The translations under genes were made by a program, and so were the position numbers. A model generated the notes under the pieces. The model worked only from the letters and a program-made list of their open reading frames with translations, had not been told where the DNA came from and did no database searches. This document shows positions 9,343 to 18,296 of a stretch of 64,000 nt of DNA, in pieces (within the stretch, counting starts at the first letter, position 1; each line of letters begins with the position of its first letter). The stretch is from an uncultured Muribaculaceae bacterium (lineage in GTDB: Bacteria; Bacteroidota; Bacteroidia; Bacteroidales; Muribaculaceae), in contig CABUTS010000002.1 in assembly GCA_902494515.1 (NCBI GenBank), positions 9,912 to 73,911 of the forward strand, written 5' to 3'.

Positions 9343-10401
9343 ATGAAACGAATTGCATTTTTAATACTCTCGGCTATAAGCATTACAAGTTTTGCCACCA
9401 AGCCACTTATGATAGAGCGACAGGGACAGTTTCCAATAGGCGGAACTACCATTCAGCGCCCCGGCACTTTTGACCCGGATACATTTGTCGGTTGGACAAA
9501 TCCGATACAGGATGGGCAGACATACCGGTGCAACCATGCGTTTGCAAGATACCAGATTCCGGTACAGGCAAAGAAGTTGCCGTTGGTATTCGTTCATGGA
9601 TTTGGCAGTGACGGAGTGTGCTGGGAAACGACACCTGACGGGCGCGACGGTTTTGCCACCCTACTTTTGCGGGAAAGCTACCCGACTTATGTTCTCGATC
9701 TGCCGGGTCGTGGACATGCTTCCCGAACAAGCACAGATGTAACTATAAAGCCGGTTGCCGATGAAGAATTTTGGTTTGACATCTGGCGTATGGGATTATG
9801 GCCTGAGTGGAATGAAGGCGTCCAGTTTCCAACAGACTCCCTCAGTGTGTCAAACTTCTTTCGTCAGATGGTGCCGGATTTAAGTGACCACAAACAAGAT
9901 ATAGTAGCACTTGACGCGGTGGCGAATAAAATCGGCAATCACATTCTCGTAACCCATTCGGCGGGAGGATTCCCCGGATGGATGGCGGCAATTAACAACA
10001 CAGAAGTCAAAGGAGTGGTGGCATTAGAACCGGGAGGATTTGTTTTCCCTGAAGATGAAGTACCCGAAGCTCTCCCCGGACTTACAGGTGGTTTGTCTGG
10101 TATTCCTGTCTTATTAGAAAAATTCATGGAATTGACGCGAAAACCGATTGTAATTCTCTATGGGGATTATATTCCCGAATCAGGTGCTACGACTTTGGGA
10201 GGCAGCAACTGGGAGGTGCGCTTGAAAATGGCCCGTGAGTTTGTCAATGCTATCAACCGCCACGGAGGTAACGCCACATTGATTGAACTGCCTAAAATCG
10301 GAATCAAAGGTAATTCACACTTTCTGATGCAGGAACTCAATAACGATGTAATTGCCGCCCTTGTAGCCGAATGGTTAAGTAATAACGGACTATCTGAATA
10401 A
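9343..10401 (+). CDS. exported alpha/beta-fold hydrolase
   Basis: Signal peptide, VHGFG, WETTPDGRDG, THSAGG nucleophile, GNSHF. Confidence 0.85.
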   Translation: MKRIAFLILSAISITSFATKPLMIERQGQFPIGGTTIQRPGTFDPDTFVGWTNPIQDGQTYRCNHAFARYQIPVQAKKLPLVFVHGFGSDGVCWETTPDGRDGFATLLLRESYPTYVLDLPGRGHASRTSTDVTIKPVADEEFWFDIWRMGLWPEWNEGVQFPTDSLSVSNFFRQMVPDLSDHKQDIVALDAVANKIGNHILVTHSAGGFPGWMAAINNTEVKGVVALEPGGFVFPEDEVPEALPGLTGGLSGIPVLLEKFMELTRKPIVILYGDYIPESGATTLGGSNWEVRLKMAREFVNAINRHGGNATLIELPKIGIKGNSHFLMQELNNDVIAALVAEWLSNNGLSE

Positions 10402-10423
10402 ACTTGATATTGACTGCTTTCAG

Positions 10424-10475
10424 AACAAAAGACACGACAAATTGGCTACTTCGCCACCTTGCCGTGTCTTTTGTT
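10424..10475. terminator. bidirectional terminator between convergent genes
   Basis: aacaaaagacacgacaa / ttgccgtgtcttttgtt inverted repeat. Confidence 0.75.
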
Positions 10476-10492
10476 TATCTTTAAGCAACCGA

Positions 10493-11629
10493 TTATTTCA
10501 TCGTTTTCATGTCGATGACATAACGGAATTTCACTTCCCCATTCTTGACTTTATTGTACGCCTCTGTAATGGCAGCGGCATCCGCATTGATTATCTCCAC
10601 TTCCGGGTATATACCGTGTTCAACGGAATAGTCCATCATTTCCTGTGTTTCACCTATACTGCCAATACGAGAGCCAAACAAACGACGATTTGCCATGCCG
10701 ATGAATGAACGCATGGGTATTTGTGGCATATCCTTTGCCGCGGGAATACCAACAATGCACATCTGACCGTTCCATTTAAGTCGTTTCATATATTCAATGG
10801 GATCGTATGCGGAAGGTATGGTACTGATTATGAAATCATAAGTGTTTTCAAGGCCTTCTGCCTCGCCGGGATTGTTTACATTTACATAGTGCGAAGCTCC
10901 CATTCTTAAGGCATCCTCTCGTTTTTCGTCGGTTATGTCAAACACAGTAATGTCCGAACCTATCTCCTTCAGATATTTTAACGCCATGTGACCAAGTCCG
11001 CCAAAACCTGCTACCGCGACTTTATCACCGGCTTTTATTCCGGCATACTTTATAGGAGAATAGGTTGTTATGCCTGCACATAATAATGGAGCAACCTTTT
11101 CCAGCGGAGCATTGTCGGGGATCTTTATAGCGTAATCTTGTGAAACGACTATATTGTCGGAGTAACCGCCTTGTGTCGCCTCGTTGTTATGATAGGGGTC
11201 ATGGTCATGATATGTAGAAACCGAGTTTGAGCAATAATGCTCAAGTCCTTCTTTGCAGAAATCACACTCATGACAAGAATTTATGATGCAGCCTACGCCG
11301 GCATAATCTCCTTTCTTGAATTTTGTGACATTTTTGCCTACGGCAACTACTTTCCCGGCAATCTCGTGTCCCGGTACCATTGGATATTCTTCCTTTTTCC
11401 AATCGCCGTGAACATTATGCAGATCGCTATGACAGATTCCGGAATACAGAATTTCGATTTGTATCTCATCATCGCCAACGGAATGTCTGGTAAATTTATA
11501 AGGTTTGAAAACACCGCTTTCATCGAAGGCAGCAAAACCTCTTGTCGGTATAACATAATCCTGTGCAGATGCTGTGATATTCAACAATGATATTGTGGCA
11601 GTGATAAGAATAAATAATCTTTTCATCAA
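10493..11629 (-). CDS. Zn-dependent NAD(P) alcohol dehydrogenase (cinnamyl-ADH family) with signal-peptide-like N-terminus
   Basis: GICHSD, GHE, structural Zn CxxCxxCx7C, GFGGLG, RYVID. Confidence 0.9.
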   Translation of the reverse strand: MMKRLFILITATISLLNITASAQDYVIPTRGFAAFDESGVFKPYKFTRHSVGDDEIQIEILYSGICHSDLHNVHGDWKKEEYPMVPGHEIAGKVVAVGKNVTKFKKGDYAGVGCIINSCHECDFCKEGLEHYCSNSVSTYHDHDPYHNNEATQGGYSDNIVVSQDYAIKIPDNAPLEKVAPLLCAGITTYSPIKYAGIKAGDKVAVAGFGGLGHMALKYLKEIGSDITVFDITDEKREDALRMGASHYVNVNNPGEAEGLENTYDFIISTIPSAYDPIEYMKRLKWNGQMCIVGIPAAKDMPQIPMRSFIGMANRRLFGSRIGSIGETQEMMDYSVEHGIYPEVEIINADAAAITEAYNKVKNGEVKFRYVIDMKTMK

Positions 11630-11659
11630 AAAATGATTTTCAAAAAATTGATAATACTA

Positions 11660-12109
11660 TCATTCACCAAGAGTTTTGGTAAAGACTAATGATGACAAAA
11701 ACCATTTCCCATTTTCTTTGACATATACTTCCGTGACAATGAAAGGAAATCTTACGGAATTTCCTCCAACCTCTGAGTTTAGATGAATACGGCTATAAAT
11801 AGTGGCCGTATTTTCAGTAAATTTGACTTCCTGACTGTGTATTTCCGCTTTCTTATACCAGATATGCCCTTCTTTAATAGTGTTGAGTTCAGCTTCTTTA
11901 CCCCAGTACCCACCCATGTGTACGAATTGGGAACTTTCATGAAATAAATCCGCCAGCCTATCCACATTCTTGTCTGACATCCATTGCCATTTTGAATTGG
12001 ACAGATCTACAATCTCTTGTTCTTCGGGAGTGAATGATACGGCATCCTGTGCTGCTATTGAGAAAATGCACATTGCCGAAGTAATCAGTAATAATATTAA
12101 ACGGTTCAT
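11660..12109 (-). CDS. exported NTF2-like (DUF4440-type) protein
   Basis: Signal peptide; FVHMGG and VTEVYVKENGKW pattern. Confidence 0.75.
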   Translation of the reverse strand: MNRLILLLITSAMCIFSIAAQDAVSFTPEEQEIVDLSNSKWQWMSDKNVDRLADLFHESSQFVHMGGYWGKEAELNTIKEGHIWYKKAEIHSQEVKFTENTATIYSRIHLNSEVGGNSVRFPFIVTEVYVKENGKWFLSSLVFTKTLGE

Positions 12110-12129
12110 TGTGTAGATAATTTATTATA

Positions 12130-12196
12130 CAAAATTACCGACACTTATCAATATGCGCTTTATGAAAATTTCGGAATATTAAACCGATTTTACCGA
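12130..12196 (-). promoter_or_regulatory. promoter with bipartite motif for the NTF2-ADH operon
   Basis: TCGGTA-N16-CCGAAATTTTCA-N25-TAATTTTG on the minus strand. Confidence 0.7.
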
Positions 12197-12202
12197 AAAC
12201 AC

Positions 12203-13009
12203 CTATTCTCTGTATTGTGTGGGGTTTAAGCCAAGTGTCCGCTGAACATAACGGCTGAAATATGCAGGCGATGAGAAGTGGAACATATCGGAAATCTGAA
12301 CAAATGTCAGAGTCTTATCTCTCAACAGACGGGCAATATCTAATGATGTATAGCGGTTTATCCAATAGTTTGCAGGATAGCCGCTGACTTTTTTCGACAC
12401 TTCCGATAGATATTTTGGAGTCACGCATAATGCGTCTGCGTAATAAGCGACTTCACGGTTATTCCGATAATCACCATTTTCAAGCATATTGAGAAAACGG
12501 TTCATCAACAAGGCATTTTGTGTTGATACTGTCGATTCCTTGTTTATAACCGAGTGGAAATCAAAGAAATCAAGAATTGCGGACTGAACGGCGTTTCTCA
12601 ACAGTTCACTATAGAAAGTGTGGTCAGTCTGTGTGAGGCGGTATTCTATCCAACGGAAATCACGCTCGCACACAAAACGCTGTCCGGCATCAAGGTTCAT
12701 GACGGGATTAAGGAACAGGGATAGCTGTCCTTTCATCCCATAATTGGTCTGCGGAGTGCATAGCTCTATGAATGAAGATGTGGCATACAGGACTTTGACC
12801 TCGAAATCGTCAGACGGTTTTATTTTTTCAACCAGTTTCCCTTTTCTGACTATCATGAGATCGCCCTCGTTCAATTCAAACTCGTTGCCGTTGAATGTGA
12901 AATAGCAATGTCCCGCAAGGCATATAGCATGGGCAAGATAGTCACTATAGACCTCGGTACCGAGGCCGTCAAGCGAATATTCTATGATTACATCCTTTAT
13001 TCTGTCCAT
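12203..13009 (-). CDS. AraC-family transcriptional regulator
   Basis: VAYYADALCVTPKYLS and ISDMFHFSSPAYFSRY..GLNPTQYR double HTH. Confidence 0.92.
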   Translation of the reverse strand: MDRIKDVIIEYSLDGLGTEVYSDYLAHAICLAGHCYFTFNGNEFELNEGDLMIVRKGKLVEKIKPSDDFEVKVLYATSSFIELCTPQTNYGMKGQLSLFLNPVMNLDAGQRFVCERDFRWIEYRLTQTDHTFYSELLRNAVQSAILDFFDFHSVINKESTVSTQNALLMNRFLNMLENGDYRNNREVAYYADALCVTPKYLSEVSKKVSGYPANYWINRYTSLDIARLLRDKTLTFVQISDMFHFSSPAYFSRYVQRTLGLNPTQYRE

Positions 13010-13044
13010 ACAATCACAAGTTTGCTATGCAAAATTACTAATTA

Positions 13045-14319
13045 CTAAGGATATAACGCCATCACGGTGGCATTATTGCGTTTCAGCTTCATAACAGCCT
13101 TGTCCAAAGACTCAGTTGGCTCAATGATGTTGTAGCCGTTCCAGAAATCAGCATCCCAATAATCAGCTACCTTGTCATAGAAAATATCATTGTTGCCGAA
13201 AGCGAGTTTTCGGGATATTCCATCTTCCGGATTATCTATCCTGTCAACCATAACCATTTCAGCGTATGTGGTATATCCTGAGGAGAACAATCGCCGTTTC
13301 CAGTCGCACTTAAAACGTGTCTTGGTCTTTATATAATTGAGGTATGATACTCCGTCAGCCAATCTGTAAGTGACGGTAAAGGCTACCTCCTGCGGTTTGA
13401 AATGAAGACCACGGGGCTTCTTGCGGAGAATGGCATTTGTAGCTTTGCTCTTGTCTGACATATCAAGCTCAAATTCAGCCTTACTGAATGACAAGGTTTC
13501 TTGGTCTATATACAGCAGTCCATGACACAGGGCATAATCGAGTTTTACTTTGGGCGAAAAGCGTATCACATATTGCATACGGTCATCTATGCTTACCGGC
13601 TTTTCCATAGAGAAATCATAATACGCCAGATCGTCATAGCCGAAAAGGAAGTCACTGTTTTTAACAAAATCTATAATAACCGGAAGCGTTGGACCGCCTA
13701 CAATCTTGACGGAAAGCGTGTCGCGGCTGTTCTGACTTATCAGTCTGCGTCCTTTCTTTATCTGTACCCGTTCTCCGTTATTCATTCTTCTGGTATATGG
13801 AGTCTTGAATACATCAACAATGGCTTCTGAAACGCCGATATACCGTTTCCCTTTCTGTACGGTTTCACGGTAGAAGGCTGTGAACAAATTCCTGTCAGAA
13901 GAATAATTCGTCGGTATCTTTTTGAGGGCTTCGGCAACAATCTCGTCAGGCTTGCCGCCTCTGACGATTACTTCTTTGAGCATCTTGGCAGATGAAGACA
14001 TCATTATTGTTATTCCCGATCCGGTTTTGACGAATTCTGGCAATGACAATGTGTTGCTGAAATAACCAAGTTGTTCAGCCTTTATTTTCCCTTTGGAATG
14101 ATCTGAAGGAATAGTCAGCGAAAATGAGCCGTCGGCGTTGCTTACCGTGCCGATATGCGACCCCACAACCGAAATACTGACATTCTCCATAGCTTTTTTG
14201 GTATCCTTGTCTTTCACAATACCGCTTATGGTCACGAAAGGAGCATCCGCCTGCTCCTGAGCGACGGCTAAACCTGCTGCCATGCAGCATAATAGCACTA
14301 TTGATATAAATCTTGCCAT
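13045..14319 (-). CDS. exported protein with carboxypeptidase-like regulatory domain
   Basis: Signal peptide, ISGIVKD...GTVSNADGSFSL...LKEVIV domain, FYRE motif. Confidence 0.8.
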   Translation of the reverse strand: MARFISIVLLCCMAAGLAVAQEQADAPFVTISGIVKDKDTKKAMENVSISVVGSHIGTVSNADGSFSLTIPSDHSKGKIKAEQLGYFSNTLSLPEFVKTGSGITIMMSSSAKMLKEVIVRGGKPDEIVAEALKKIPTNYSSDRNLFTAFYRETVQKGKRYIGVSEAIVDVFKTPYTRRMNNGERVQIKKGRRLISQNSRDTLSVKIVGGPTLPVIIDFVKNSDFLFGYDDLAYYDFSMEKPVSIDDRMQYVIRFSPKVKLDYALCHGLLYIDQETLSFSKAEFELDMSDKSKATNAILRKKPRGLHFKPQEVAFTVTYRLADGVSYLNYIKTKTRFKCDWKRRLFSSGYTTYAEMVMVDRIDNPEDGISRKLAFGNNDIFYDKVADYWDADFWNGYNIIEPTESLDKAVMKLKRNNATVMALYP

Positions 14320-14415
14320 ATACTACGCCTAAATTATTGACATCGCAAAATTACTCAAATCCCATGATAGTCGGCTTGCAGTTTTTTTCGGTCTTTGATA
14401 CAGAAAATTCCCATA

Positions 14416-14482
14416 TCGGCAATAATGGTACGAAAGACCGAAATATTCATAAGTCCGTTTAAGCCGATAAATCCCAACTTTG
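14416..14482 (+). promoter_or_regulatory. promoter with bipartite motif for DUF362-TonB receptor
   Basis: TCGGCA-N16-CCGAAATATTCA-N25-CAACTTTG. Confidence 0.65.
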
Positions 14483-14502
14483 CAAACAAAAACTAATATC
14501 AA

Positions 14503-15618
14503 ATGATACGCAGGACATTATCAGCCTTAGCAATTTGCCTGTCACTCACAGCGGGCATGGCACAGACGGCAACAGAACCGGCCAAAGTCTATTTTACTTC
14601 GGAGATAACTCCCGAATCACTTGTGAGCATCTTCAAGGCACTCGGTGTGATCCCCGAAGGCAATGTAGCTGTGAAAATCAGCACAGGCGAATCCGCTCAA
14701 AGTAATCATCTCCGCCCGGAACTCATCGGCACTCTTGTCAAGGATGTGAAAGGCACCATCGTCGAGTGCAACACAGCATACGGAGGCAACCGTTCCAACA
14801 CAGCCTCACACCGTCGTGCAATCGAGCAACGCGGATATGGAGAAATCGCCACAGTAGACATCATGGATGAAGAAGGCGGCATGAACCTCCCGATGCAGGA
14901 CACCAAATGGTTTGCAGAAAATCTTGTCGGAAGCCATCTTGCAAACTATGACTTTATGATAAACCTTGCCCATTTCAAAGGTCACGCTATGGGCGGTTTT
15001 GGTGGAGTCCTTAAAAATCAGAGCATCGGAATAGCCACTCCCGATGGTAAAACCCGCATCCATACGGCAGGCGCTTACTCAGACCCACGATATGTTTTCC
15101 AACAGCCACACGGTCAGGATGCTTTCTTGGAGTCAATGGCAGGTGCAGCCCAGTCTGTTCATAACTATTTCAAAGGTAAAAAAGGGATAGTGTATATAAA
15201 TGTGATGAACAATCTCTCGGTTGACTGCGACTGTGACGGACACCCCCATGCGCCGGAAATGAAGGACATCGGCATCCTTGCCTCACTTGACCCTGTGGCT
15301 CTCGACAAGGCTTGCCTTGACCTTGTGTATAACCACGAGCCTACTGCCGGAGATAACAACCGTCCTCTGGTGCAGCGTATCGACAGCCGTCACGGAACAC
15401 ATACCGTTGACTATGCCGAACAGATTGGTCTTGGCACAAAAAGCTATGACCTCATTGATGTTACCACAAGTGGTATAGACGATATTGCCGTTGACGGGGT
15501 CAGGAAATATAATGTTTATGACCTTAAAGGCGTAAAAGTGCTGTCTAACGCAAGCGACCTTTCCGGGCTTACCCCCGGCATTTATATCGTAAATGGTCAA
15601 AAACAAAGGATAGAATAA
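14503..15618 (+). CDS. DUF362 putative Fe-S protein with signal peptide and T9SS-like C-terminal tail
   Basis: VKISTGE, ECNTAYGG, HFKGH, DCDC, DPVALD; tail SGIDDI..VYDLKGVKV..GIYIVNGQK. Confidence 0.82.
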   Translation: MIRRTLSALAICLSLTAGMAQTATEPAKVYFTSEITPESLVSIFKALGVIPEGNVAVKISTGESAQSNHLRPELIGTLVKDVKGTIVECNTAYGGNRSNTASHRRAIEQRGYGEIATVDIMDEEGGMNLPMQDTKWFAENLVGSHLANYDFMINLAHFKGHAMGGFGGVLKNQSIGIATPDGKTRIHTAGAYSDPRYVFQQPHGQDAFLESMAGAAQSVHNYFKGKKGIVYINVMNNLSVDCDCDGHPHAPEMKDIGILASLDPVALDKACLDLVYNHEPTAGDNNRPLVQRIDSRHGTHTVDYAEQIGLGTKSYDLIDVTTSGIDDIAVDGVRKYNVYDLKGVKVLSNASDLSGLTPGIYIVNGQKQRIE

Positions 15619-15625
15619 TAATCCC

Positions 15626-17488
15626 ATGAAATATAGAATACCGATTGTCACCGTTGTATCCACGCTCATTTTTTCGGCTCTTGATATGTCAGGAGCCGAA
15701 AAAGTTGATACTACCAGAGTCTTGAATGAGGTAGTAGTGACCGGCACTAACAATACTGTACCCCAGAAATTGCTGCCATATACAGTTTCAGTTGTTAACA
15801 ACAGACAGCTCGAAGCCACCGGACAGACACAAGTGCTGTCTGCAATATCAGGTATGGTTCCGAGCCTGTTTGTGTCGCAACGTAGCATCTTCGGATTCGG
15901 TGTGAGCAATGGCGGTTCAGGCCATATCAAACTTCGCGGCGTCGGCGGTGACAGGGCAAGCGCGGTGTTGATGATGGTTGACGGCCAACCCCAGTTCGCC
16001 GGCATATATTCACATCATATCGCCGATTTTTACGACAAGGAATATGTTGAGCGTGTCGAGGTATTGCGCGGCCCCAGCTCCGTTCTGTACGGTTCTAATG
16101 CAATGGCGGGGACAATCAATGTCATAACAAAAAATGCAGTGGCAGACGGAGTGCATACTACCCTGCAATCCCAATACGGTTCTTATAACACTTGGCTATC
16201 CTCCATTACCAATACAGTCCGCTATGGCAAGTTCTCATCCCTTGTTTCATTGTCATACAACCGCACTGACGGCAATGTTGACAACTTCGATTTCAAGCAG
16301 GCAGACGGCTATGCCAAAATCGGATACGATTTTTCCGACAAATGGAAAGCGTATATTGACTACACGCTAATGAATTTCCGTGGCAACGACCCTATATATC
16401 CTACATTGTCCAATCCGGAGTCCACGGACATTTATCATCAAAATATCATCCGAGGGGAAGCTGCCGCCACTGTGACAAACTCATACGGCCCGGTTTCAGG
16501 TTCTGCCCGGATATATTACAACTACGGCAATCATTTTGTGGATGATCCGAGGCATTTCCACAGCACTGACGACCGTCTGGGTGTAATACTCTACGAGAAT
16601 TTCAATCCGTGGACAGGGGCATCTGCTACAGTAGGATTTGATTTTGACTCATATTCGGGCGAAATACCGGTGTCAGGTGGCAACAACCATACAGAAGGCT
16701 CCATGAGTACAATCTCGCGGGAAACCATCGTGGAGTATTCTCCTTATCTCATCTTGTCGCAGATGTTTCTTGACAATCTGATAAATATCAACGGAGGCCT
16801 GCGTATGGCGAACAGTGATAAATTCGACACACAATGGATTCCGCAGTTTGGATTTGCGGTCAATCCCGGACTCGGCTGGACTGTAAAAGGTAACCTTGCA
16901 ATGGGCTATCGCAATCCGTCATTCCGCGAACTGTATCTTTATCGCATGGCTAATCCCGATTTACAGCCTGAAAAGATGATAAACTATGAAATTTCAGTCG
17001 GCAAATCCTTTTCCCGATATTTTTCAGCCGAAATAACAGGCTATTACAGCAAGGGTGACAACATGATTCAGACTGTTGACCAGAAAAATCAGAACACAGG
17101 TCGATTTATAAACAAAGGTATTGAATTGTCGGCTCACAGCCATCCGGTTGACAATCTATGGCTTACCGCTACATACAGTTATCTTCATACCTCGCTCCGT
17201 AATCTTGTCGGTGCGCCGAAAAATCAGTATTATCTCGGAGTGGAGTGGAAACCGTGGCATTTCCTCAACATTGGAGCAGACCTGAAAGGCGTGGGTGGAT
17301 TGTATGTCGCAGACAATATCAGGCATCAGAACTATGCTTTGCTTAATCTGAAGATTACATGGGATATTTGCCGATATGTATCAGTATTTACCAGACTTGA
17401 AAACATCACCGATGCACGGTATATGATAAATCGAGGTTATGAAATGCCCGGATTTACGGCAATGGGTGGCTTCAAAGTCAGATTCTGA
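15626..17488 (+). CDS. TonB-dependent receptor (small, BtuB/CirA-like)
   Basis: LNEVVVTG TonB box, plug VERVEVLRGPSSVLYGSNAMAGTINVIT, C-terminal Phe. Confidence 0.92.
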   Translation: MKYRIPIVTVVSTLIFSALDMSGAEKVDTTRVLNEVVVTGTNNTVPQKLLPYTVSVVNNRQLEATGQTQVLSAISGMVPSLFVSQRSIFGFGVSNGGSGHIKLRGVGGDRASAVLMMVDGQPQFAGIYSHHIADFYDKEYVERVEVLRGPSSVLYGSNAMAGTINVITKNAVADGVHTTLQSQYGSYNTWLSSITNTVRYGKFSSLVSLSYNRTDGNVDNFDFKQADGYAKIGYDFSDKWKAYIDYTLMNFRGNDPIYPTLSNPESTDIYHQNIIRGEAAATVTNSYGPVSGSARIYYNYGNHFVDDPRHFHSTDDRLGVILYENFNPWTGASATVGFDFDSYSGEIPVSGGNNHTEGSMSTISRETIVEYSPYLILSQMFLDNLININGGLRMANSDKFDTQWIPQFGFAVNPGLGWTVKGNLAMGYRNPSFRELYLYRMANPDLQPEKMINYEISVGKSFSRYFSAEITGYYSKGDNMIQTVDQKNQNTGRFINKGIELSAHSHPVDNLWLTATYSYLHTSLRNLVGAPKNQYYLGVEWKPWHFLNIGADLKGVGGLYVADNIRHQNYALLNLKITWDICRYVSVFTRLENITDARYMINRGYEMPGFTAMGGFKVRF

Positions 17489-17569
17489 CCAATTCAATCA
17501 AACATATATAAACTCAGATGAAGAGAGGGGTACCGTTATTATTGCCACGGTATCCCTTGATTTTGCTAA

Positions 17570-17636
17570 TCGGTATTTTGTGAAAATTCTGCCGTATTTA
17601 TCGTAATAATGGCTTGTGAATATCTCGGTAATTTTG
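17570..17636 (+). promoter_or_regulatory. promoter with bipartite motif for the flavodoxin/AKR operon
   Basis: TCGGTA-N16-CCGTATTTATCG-N25-TAATTTTG. Confidence 0.65.
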
Positions 17637-17666
17637 CAACTGAAAATAATCATAACATATTACGAT

Positions 17667-18284
17667 ATGAAGAAATACCTGTCTTTATTTTTCCTTCTCA
17701 CAGCGGCATTGACAATGATGTCATGCAGCAGTGACGAACCTGAAAGCCCGGATAAACCGGAAACAGAAGAACCTTCTGAACCCGGCACCCCCACTGAACC
17801 TGTTGACGGGAGCAAAATACTTGTAGCCTATTTTTCGTGGGGAGGCACGACAGAACGTATGGCTAAAATTATAGCAGAACAGACCGAAGGCACTCTATTT
17901 GAAATTGAGCCGGTTGTACCTTATCCTACGGAATATACACCTTGCACAGAGGTGGCATTGCAAGAACTGGATAGTAATGCGCGCCCGGCAATCAAGGGTA
18001 AAGTTGACAAAATGGATGAGTATGACATCGTTTTTATTGGCTGCCCTGTATGGTGGCATACGGCCCCTATGATTATCAGCACATTCGCCGAAAGCTATGA
18101 CTTCAAAGGCAAGACTGTTGTGCCGTTCTGCACATACGCTTCAACATACAGGGATGAAACACTTGCCAAGATTGTCGAGTTGACGCCTGAATCAAACCAC
18201 CTTGCTGGCGAAGGCCTGACAAGTGGTCGGATTAACGAGCAGAACATATCCTCGTGGTTAAAAGAAATCAAGGTAATTAAATAA
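17667..18284 (+). CDS. flavodoxin lipoprotein
   Basis: Lipobox MMSC, YFSWGGTT FMN loop, IGCPVWW, PFCT; start MKKYL at 17667. Confidence 0.88.
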   Translation: MKKYLSLFFLLTAALTMMSCSSDEPESPDKPETEEPSEPGTPTEPVDGSKILVAYFSWGGTTERMAKIIAEQTEGTLFEIEPVVPYPTEYTPCTEVALQELDSNARPAIKGKVDKMDEYDIVFIGCPVWWHTAPMIISTFAESYDFKGKTVVPFCTYASTYRDETLAKIVELTPESNHLAGEGLTSGRINEQNISSWLKEIKVIK

Positions 18285-18296
18285 AGCATAGCAAAA

